A stretch of DNA of 16,533 bases, taken from Octopus sinensis. Lineage: Eukaryota. The stretch is from assembly GCF_006345805.1 (NCBI RefSeq), contig NW_021825287.1, positions 1-16,533 on the forward strand, in the 5' to 3' direction. The position numbers and the translations under genes were made by a program. This document shows, piece after piece, positions 9,758-16,533 of the stretch. Position 1 is the first letter of the stretch. Each line of letters starts with the position of its first letter. The notes below the pieces were generated by a model, which searched no databases, was not told the origin of the DNA, and saw nothing but the letters and a program-made list of their open reading frames with translations.

Positions 9758-10434
9758 TACCTATTTCTTTACTACCCACAAGAGGCTAAACACAGAAGGG
9801 ACAAGCAAGGACAGACAAACGGATTAAGTCGATTACATCGACCCCAGTGCGTAACTCTACTTAATTTATCGACCCCGAAAAGATGAAAGGCAAAGTCGAC
9901 CTCGGCGGAATTTGAACTCGGAACGTAACGGCAGACGAAATACCTATTTCTTTACTCCCCGCAAGAGGCTAAACACAGAGGGGACAAGCAAGGACAGACA
10001 AACGGATTAAGTCGATTACATCGACCTCAGTGCGTAACTGGTACTTAATTTATCGACCCCGAGAGGATGAAAGACAAAGTCGACCTCGGCGGAATTTGAA
10101 CTCACAACGTAACGGCAGATGAAATACCTATTTCTTTACAACCCACAAGGGGCTAAACACAGAGGGGACAAACAAGGACAGCAGACAAACGGATTAAGTC
10201 GATTATATCGACCCCAGTGCGTAACTGGTACTTAATTTATCGACCCCCGAAAGGATGAAAGGCAAAGCCGACCTCAGCGGAATTTGAACTCAGAACGTAA
10301 CGGCAGACGAAATACTGCTACGCATTTCGGCCGGCTTGTTAACGTTTCTGCCAGCTCGCCGCCTTATAAAGACAGACGAAACACTGCTAAACAGTTCGCT
10401 CGGCGTGCTAACGTTTCTGCCAGCTCGCTGCCTT
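9758..10434 (-). mobile_element. Multimeric tRNA-derived SINE family A: extra head, one full copy and two headless bodies, with 11-bp TSD
   Basis: Units 9758-9940, 9941-10124, 10125-10365 and extra head ~10366-10434. Minus-strand B box GAGTTCAAATTCC and A-box-like TGGCAGAAACGTTA. AAACAACATTA occurs at 9747-9757 and 10435-10445. Confidence 0.9.
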
Positions 10435-11003
10435 AAACAACATTACACCTCAATACTAAGTAGACAGAGAGCGAATAATACTTGTGGATAAATGCTTCTC
10501 AGTGGAACAGTACACTGTACTGAAGACCTAGAATAAATTAGCAAACCAGCTTGGTCTGTAATAGCTGCGTGTTTTGGCTCTCACCAGGCGGGTTTCTCTG
10601 TAATTTCTTCTTCTCTTTTGGAATTCCTCCAAGAAGAAACAGAGCAGCGGTAATTTGAACTAATAAAGAATTGAATTTGAAGCAAGCTTTTGTCGAGTTA
10701 ATTGCCCAAGAATTTTTCGATTTCAAGCTCAGGTTGTTTTACTTCACATCGACACCTATGAGAGAGATGACATGTTTTTGATTAGTCACAAATTCAACTT
10801 TTACCGTGTTTTTCTCAGAAGGGAAACGTTCAGATTATGTTGAGGTTAAGTGGTTTGACACTAGTATTTCACTGGTAAATAATTTTATCAGCATGAGAGA
10901 AAGTGGCATAATTAGTTTGTTACCGTCGATGTCTAAACTTAATTTTCAATTATCATTGATTTTCAGGCCGACAAATTAGCAGAGTGGTTTGATCGTTGGA
11001 TGT

Positions 11004-11212
11004 ATCTTTTATCGCTTATCTGTTTCAGTCATTAGACTGCGGCCATGCTGGGGTACCGCATTGAAGAATTTTTAATCGAATGAATCGATACCAGTACTCC
11101 TTTTTTTAAGCCTGGTACTTATTCTGTCTTCCCCGTTTGCTGAACCGCTAAGTCACGGGGTCGCGAAACAAACCAACACTTGTTGACAAGCGGTGGTCAC
11201 ACACACACACAC

Positions 11213-11307
<95 letters not shown>

Positions 11308-11470
11308 CAGGCTTCTTTCAGTTTCTGTCTACCAAATCCACTCACAAATCTTTGGTCGCTCCGAGGCTATAGTAGAAGACATTTGCTCGTGGGACCACGC
11401 AGTGGGGCTGAACCCGGAATTATGTGGTTGGCAAGCAAGCTTCTTACCACTAGCCACACCTGAACCTATA
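11004..11470 (-). mobile_element. Near full-length tRNA-derived SINE family B (CORE-SINE-like) with internal (TG)n
   Basis: Minus strand reads A box TGGCTAGTGG, B box GGGTTCAGCCC, a CORE-like segment GCAAATGTCTTCTACTATAGCCTCGG, ~105 bp of (TG)n, the shared 3' region and a GATAA-type tail. Homologous copies occur elsewhere in the window. Confidence 0.85.
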
Positions 11471-12390
11471 ACTTACTTAACTTACATATGCCCATCCCTC
11501 CCAGTGCTGCGTAGGTCATCGATAACTTTCCGCTATTCTCGACTCGGGGGCTGTCATTTCGGCATCTCTCAAGATTGATCCCTGCTTCTTTCCTTGCTGC
11601 TTCTTTTCGGATTTTGCTATAGTACATCATATGTTTCCTCGAGGAAACCTTCTCCCTGGTTTCGCTAGTTTTGAACTATCGTCTATATTTCTGTAACTGC
11701 TTTATTTCTTTACTACCTACAAGGAGCTAAACACAGAGGGGACAAACAAAGACAGACAAACGGATTAAGGGGCTAAACACAGAGGGGACAAATAAAGACA
11801 GACAAACGGATTAAGTGGATTATATCGACCCCAGTGCGTAACTGGCACTTAATTTATCGACCCCCGAAAGGATAAAAGGCAAAGTCAACTTCGGCGGAAA
11901 TTGAACTCAGAGCGTAAAGACAGACGAAATACCTATTTCTTTACTACCCACAAGGGGCTAAACATAGACGGGACAAACAAGGACAGATAAACGGATTAAG
12001 TCGATTATATCGACCCCAGTGCGTAACTGGTACCTAATTTATCGACCCCGAAAGGATGAAAGGCAAAGTCGGCGACCTCGGGGGAATTTGAACTCAGAAC
12101 GTAACGGCAGACGAAATACCGCTAAGCATTTCGCCCGGCGTGCTAACGATTCTGCCAGCTCGCCTCCTTACATTACCTTTATTTTACTGCTTTATTTTAG
12201 GTTGAGATGTTGGCCATACGCAAATGCATGTTTACATCTGGAAAGGGATCGCCCATATTAGTCTTGCTTCTATCCTTCTGCCTAATCAGCACGGGAAGCC
12301 CTGTTCGGGTCTTGTTCTCTGCTGGCATAACTCCCAGGGTCACCGAGGCACAAAAGCAACAATATTGCAACAAGTACTGGCCCCTGTTAC
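11471..12390 (-). mobile_element. Probable non-autonomous bipartite RTE-derived element, interrupted by the SINE A dimer
   Basis: 11535-11482 reads (W>stop)RKVIDDLRSTGRDGHM* followed by a TAAG-like tail, resembling RTE ORF C-termini. 12357-12321 reads GCTTTTGTGCCTCGGTGACCCTGGGAGTTATGCCAGC, resembling RTE 5' UTRs. Recognition is from memory and the 5' boundary is approximate. Confidence 0.55.
11703..12169 (-). mobile_element. SINE family A dimer (full copy 11930-12169 plus headless body 11703-11929)
   Basis: Same sequence and same CAGACGAAA|TACCTATTTCTTTAC junction as the 9758 array. A 46-bp internal duplication spans 11721-11766 and 11767-11812. Confidence 0.9.
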
Positions 12391-12399
12391 GGATTTCAT

Positions 12400-12605
12400 A
12401 CAACACTTTGCGGTATTAGTTCCGAAGCTTTGTGCTCTGAATTCAAATTCTGTCGCGATCAAATTAGCCTCGCATCCTTTTAGGGCTGATAAAATAAAAG
12501 TGCCCCACTCCTGGGTATTGGATTAACAGAATTATCAGGGACGTTGAAATGGATACCTCGCGACATATGTTGCGGCTGTGTACATTCTGAGTTCGAATCT
12601 CACCG
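12400..12605 (+). mobile_element. Two old, degenerate SINE A-related fragments
   Basis: CTGAATTCAAATTC...TAGCCTCGCATCCTTTTAGGGCTGATAAAATAAAAGT and TACATTCTGAGTTCGAATCTCACCG align to the family A B-box region. Confidence 0.6.
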
Positions 12606-12830
12606 CTTACCACAGCAACGGTAACACCTCAGTCAGGTGTTGCGTCCGGCAGATAGTATCAGCAATTTTAAACAACTGATAGAAAACATAGTTTCCTGGT
12701 TCAATCAGAAGATCGACTAGTACTACAGTCGTGGGACTATCCACATGGTCAAAGGCAAGCTATGCATTTTTTACTGCTTAGTGTGAAATTACAATTTTGT
12801 TTCTTTTTATCTGTTATTTTTTTCTTTAAT

Positions 12831-13100
12831 TTGTTTCAGATAGTGGATTGCGGCCATGCTGGAGCACGGCCTTGAAGGGTTTAGTCTGACAAATCGACAC
12901 TAATTCTTATTCTTTTTTTTTGTTGAAACGTCTGGTACGCGTTCTATCGGTGTGTTTTGCTAAACTACTAATTTACGAGGATGTAAGTACACCAACACCG
13001 GTTGTCAAGCAGTAGTGGGGGGGGGGCAAACACACACATACACACACGCACACACACAAATACACACATGCAACAGCTGATTTGGTGTTTCTGATTCGAC
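12831..13100 (-). mobile_element. SINE family B, 3' half with CA tract
   Basis: TGCGGCCATGCTGGAGCAC...TTCTATCGGT...CACCAACACCGGTTGTCAAGC as in the 11004 and 15308 copies. Confidence 0.8.
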
Positions 13101-14318
13101 GCTGTCTTATCAGGTTTTAGAAATTTAAATGTTTCTCTCGTTCTGCCCTTTCCTTTCCGCTCTCTTTACAAAATTTCTATCTATATGGGTATATATTTCT
13201 CCATGCATTGGCACATGTGTTGTGCATTATGTATTGTGTATTGCGTATATACACGCGTGTGTGTGCGTGCGTGTGTTTTTCTCCAGTGCCAAAAATTGTC
13301 CATTAATTTTACCAGCTCAACTATCACCTCTCTAAGAAACTTAACAAATACGGATTAAACCTAGCAGATTGAGGACTCAACTGTCAGCCAGTTCCATAAT
13401 ATTTTCACCAACGATGATATCATATGATAAATTCCAATTAGTTATAATGCTTTAAAATTCAACATCTTGTTAACTTATACACAACACGCACAGCAGAAGA
13501 ACAGAAGTCAAAGCTAATAATAATAATATTTTTTTTTTCTAAAATTGTATTCAATTTCCATCTTTTATAACTGATTCTATCGAATTTTCGAAGTTTAAAC
13601 GACACCAAACACGAATCAGCTCCCAAGGTGAGAATTCTTCGCTATTAAATTGCAGCACATTTCTCTCGTTTCTGACATAGATTAATCTAATTCTTTATAT
13701 TACATTTTGAATTGATGCATAAAACCATTGCAAAATAGCTTTAATACAGACCCGGGATTTACACATTCATGCTTTATAGCGCGTACTTATCGAAAGAAAA
13801 CGACCGTATATCCGAATATCGATCGCGTGAAACATCTATCTTGGATTAAATGAGATTTACATATTGCAAAGTTTCCCAATGTAGAATCGAGGTATCGGTT
13901 GTTAATATTATTCCTTTTATTCCATGACTCGTAAAAGCTTATCAACTACGTGTCCCACTGATCGGTTTTGCGGATTAGCTTGGATATTGGTTAATATTAG
14001 ACATAGACAGCGGGGGGTATTATTGGGCAAGTATTTGACACGAATGTCAATAGTGAGCGCTAGTGGTTGGATGAGATGAGATGAGATGAGATAGTGGGCG
14101 ATAGTGGTCGAATGAGATGAGAGGAAGGCGATATACAAAACAGTTAAAAGTGTGCGGATTTATTTTCGATAGCTTTATGACTTTCTAAACGAGAGTGCTT
14201 AAATTTTCCATTAGACCGCTTATCGCCGCTGCTCGATATGATTGTTACAAATGTGCAATTAACAGCGAAATGATGATGACGACATGAACTTGGCGGTATG
14301 ATGAGTAACCATTTGTAT

Positions 14319-14356
<38 letters not shown>

Positions 14357-14520
14357 TATATATATATATATATCTTCTCCGTTTTCGTTCTGTTGATTTT
14401 TTCGTCTTCTTGTGATGTTTGTACGTATATATATATTTATATATGCATGTATATATACATGTAGATGTCGGTACGTACATATAGGTTTTGTATGTATGCA
14501 TATATTTTATTTATTATATA

Positions 14521-14552
<32 letters not shown>

Positions 14553-14584
14553 GATATATATATATATATATCTATATATGTATA
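14319..14584. repeat. (CA)n(TA)n and TA-rich tracts
   Basis: CA/TA at 14319-14373 and TA at ~14515-14584, with mixed sequence between. Confidence 0.8.
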
Positions 14585-14770
14585 GGCAGAATTCACAAAG
14601 AAACAACAAAAGACGAAGACAGGTGGTGTAGACAACAAACAGTTGCATTAGTATAACGCTCGGGAAGTGAAAAAGTCTTTAACATTTCGAGCCTACGCTC
14701 TTCCACAGAAAGGAACACAGAAAGAAACAGGGAGAGTAAATAAAGAATGTGTAGTGGCTAGCAATCTATA
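14585..14770 (-). mobile_element. Second copy of family H (hammerhead-like repeat)
   Basis: Reverse-complement homolog of 1012-1227; its 3' end abuts (TA)n. Confidence 0.75.
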
Positions 14771-15307
14771 CATACAATTTAATGCGTAAGGAAAAAAATA
14801 TATATACATATAAAGGTTTCAGTGACAAAGTAATTAACTGCACTGACACATCTCAGAGACATTAGCCGGAAGTATCGACATTCAAGCATTCGCAGCAAAT
14901 GACCTTTATTTCCCTTCTGCTATTTTCTTCCTTTCTTTTCTTGTTTCTTCTTCCATGTACTCTTTCTCCTTCAACCATCAGCTTTCTCTTTCTCTATTTC
15001 TCATTCTTCATCCTTTCGAAGGAGGGAACTCTATTCTTGCACAAGTAGATTACCTGTCTAATTGCATGCACTCCGTTGCAAGACATTTCCTGCTCTCTAT
15101 CAGCTGGTTCATTGGCAACTGTTGATTTTAAATGATTGCATCGAATAGATCGCCGCACAACAAAGCAGCTTTCAGTATCTCATTATCACCAAGCCAGTAT
15201 GATTACAATACTGACATTCTAAGGTATACTATTGGAATTACAAAGACATACCGAAGACTCTTAGATTCTTTACATCCCGGGCTAGATTCGTATCATCTTG
15301 GCATATT

Positions 15308-15631
15308 CTCTTTACTCTTTTACTTGTTTCAGTCATTTGACTGCGGCCATGCTGGAGCACCGCCTTTAGCCGAGCAAATCGACCCCGGGACTTATTCTTT
15401 TGTAAACCCAGTACTTATTCTATCGGTCTCTTTTGCCGAACCGCTAAGTAACGTGGACATAAACACACCAGCATCGGTTGTCAAGCAATGCTAGGGGGAC
15501 AAACACAGACACACAAACACACAAATACACACACGCACATATATATATATACATATATACGACGAGCTTCTTTCAATTTCCATCTACCAAGTCCACTCAC
15601 AAGGCTTCGGTCGGCCCGAGGCTATAGTAGA
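15308..15631 (-). mobile_element. SINE family B lacking the tRNA head
   Basis: TGTTTCAGTCATTTGACTGCGGCCATGCTGGAGCACCGCC through GAGGCTATAGTAGA, with internal CA/TA tract. Confidence 0.88.
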
Positions 15632-15639
15632 TGCAATCT

Positions 15640-15707
15640 ATGGGGTCGATGCAATCAACTTACCCTCAAAACTTGCTGATCTTGTGTGTAAGTTTGAAGT
15701 CAATATT
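15640..15707 (+). mobile_element. SINE A-related 3' fragment with a different tail
   Basis: TGGGGTCGATGCAATCAACTTA matches family A TGGGGTCGATGTAATCGACTTA, then diverges. Confidence 0.5.
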
Positions 15708-15744
15708 TCAGGTCATTCTTTGATATTTCAGAACTCGAATCCGT

Positions 15745-16098
15745 TATTGAACTCCGGCCATGATGGAGCAACGCCTTGAGAGGATCTAGTCGTCAAGAAG
15801 GAAGCCTGTACTTACATTTTTTAAAGTCTGGTACTTACTTTATCGATTTCTTTCACCAAAGTGCTAGGTTACGGGGGAAGTAAACAAACCAACATCAGTT
15901 GTCAAGAAGTGCTATCGTATATGTGTCAGACAAACACAGACACAAAGACACACATAATCATATAAAACAGCGGGTCTCCAGTTTCCGTCAACCAAATTCA
16001 TTCACATGTTATTCGTCGGGCCGGGGCTGGTAACGCACAGTAGGACGGAACCCGAAACCAGGTGCCTGCAAAGCGAGCTTCTTAACTACACAGCCATG
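15745..16098 (-). mobile_element. Degenerate SINE family B copy including tRNA head
   Basis: CGGCCATGATGGAGCAACGCCTTGA...CTGGTACTTA...GTTGTCAAG...CAGTTTCCGTC...GAACCCGAAACC...GCTTCTTAACTACACAGCCA. Confidence 0.75.
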
Positions 16099-16154
16099 AT
16101 ATTGCAGAGATTGGTTTCAAATCCCATTGCATCACTGAAAAACCGTCAGCTTGT

Positions 16155-16402
16155 TTTCTTTCTTTCTTTCTTTCTTTCTTTTTCTTTTTTTTGCTTTTAT
16201 CTTTTGTTTTATTTTCTATTCTTTCTTTTTTGTCTTTCTTTTTGTTGTTTGTTTCTTTTATTTTTTCTCTCCTTTTTTCTATCTTTATCTTTTGTTTCTT
16301 TTCTATAGTTTGTTTGTTTGTTTGTTTGTTTCTTTTTCTCTTTCTTCCTTTCCTTCTTTCTTTCTTTCTTTCTTTCTTTCTTTTTCTCTTTCTTTCTTTC
16401 CT

Positions 16403-16442
<40 letters not shown>

Positions 16443-16533
16443 ACTTTCTTTCTTTCTTTCTTTTCTTCCTTTCTTTCTTTCTTTCTTTCTTCTTTCTTTC
16501 TTTCTTCTTTCTTCTTTCTTCTTTCTTCTTTCT
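16155..16533. repeat. Polypyrimidine (TTTC)n/(TTTG)n tract running off the window end
   Basis: Seen directly. Confidence 0.95.

Noticed and set aside
9758-10434. CRISPR array or true tRNA genes
   Set aside because: Units are contiguous ~184-bp repeats without unique spacers; heads have Pol III boxes but no cloverleaf.
10528-10584. 57-nt GTGAGA...TTCTAG minus-strand intron candidate
   Set aside because: Very short, putative branch point too close to the AG, and no coherent reading frame across it.
11180-12526. ORFs 11180-11578, 12019-12261, 12207-12419 and 12224-12526
   Set aside because: They run through SINE and RTE remnants, mostly antisense, with no recognisable domains.
9758-16098. Minus-strand bias of retroelements suggesting a host-gene orientation
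   Set aside because: Too few insertions and several plus-strand counter-examples.

Overview
AT-rich, repeat-dominated eukaryotic non-coding DNA. The dense TA/CA/TATC microsatellites and two tRNA-derived SINE families resemble octopus (coleoid cephalopod) repeats; this attribution is from recall, not a search. No intact protein-coding gene is supported, and most listed ORFs are microsatellite translation artefacts. Supported content: a frameshifted 3' remnant of an L1/Tx1-type LINE, SINE family A as two multimeric arrays sharing one junction, several copies of SINE family B with an internal microsatellite, a probable internally deleted RTE element, a 412-bp fold-back element, a 118-bp palindrome and two local duplications. 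The main leads are (i) two unrelated short repeat families next to (TA)n, each carrying a hammerhead-ribozyme-like core (Penelope-like or retrozyme-like), (ii) SINE A multimers inserted as single units with a fixed tail-to-internal junction, suggesting a circular or reiterated RNA template, and (iii) a 3' tail shared by SINE A and the L1/Tx1 remnant.
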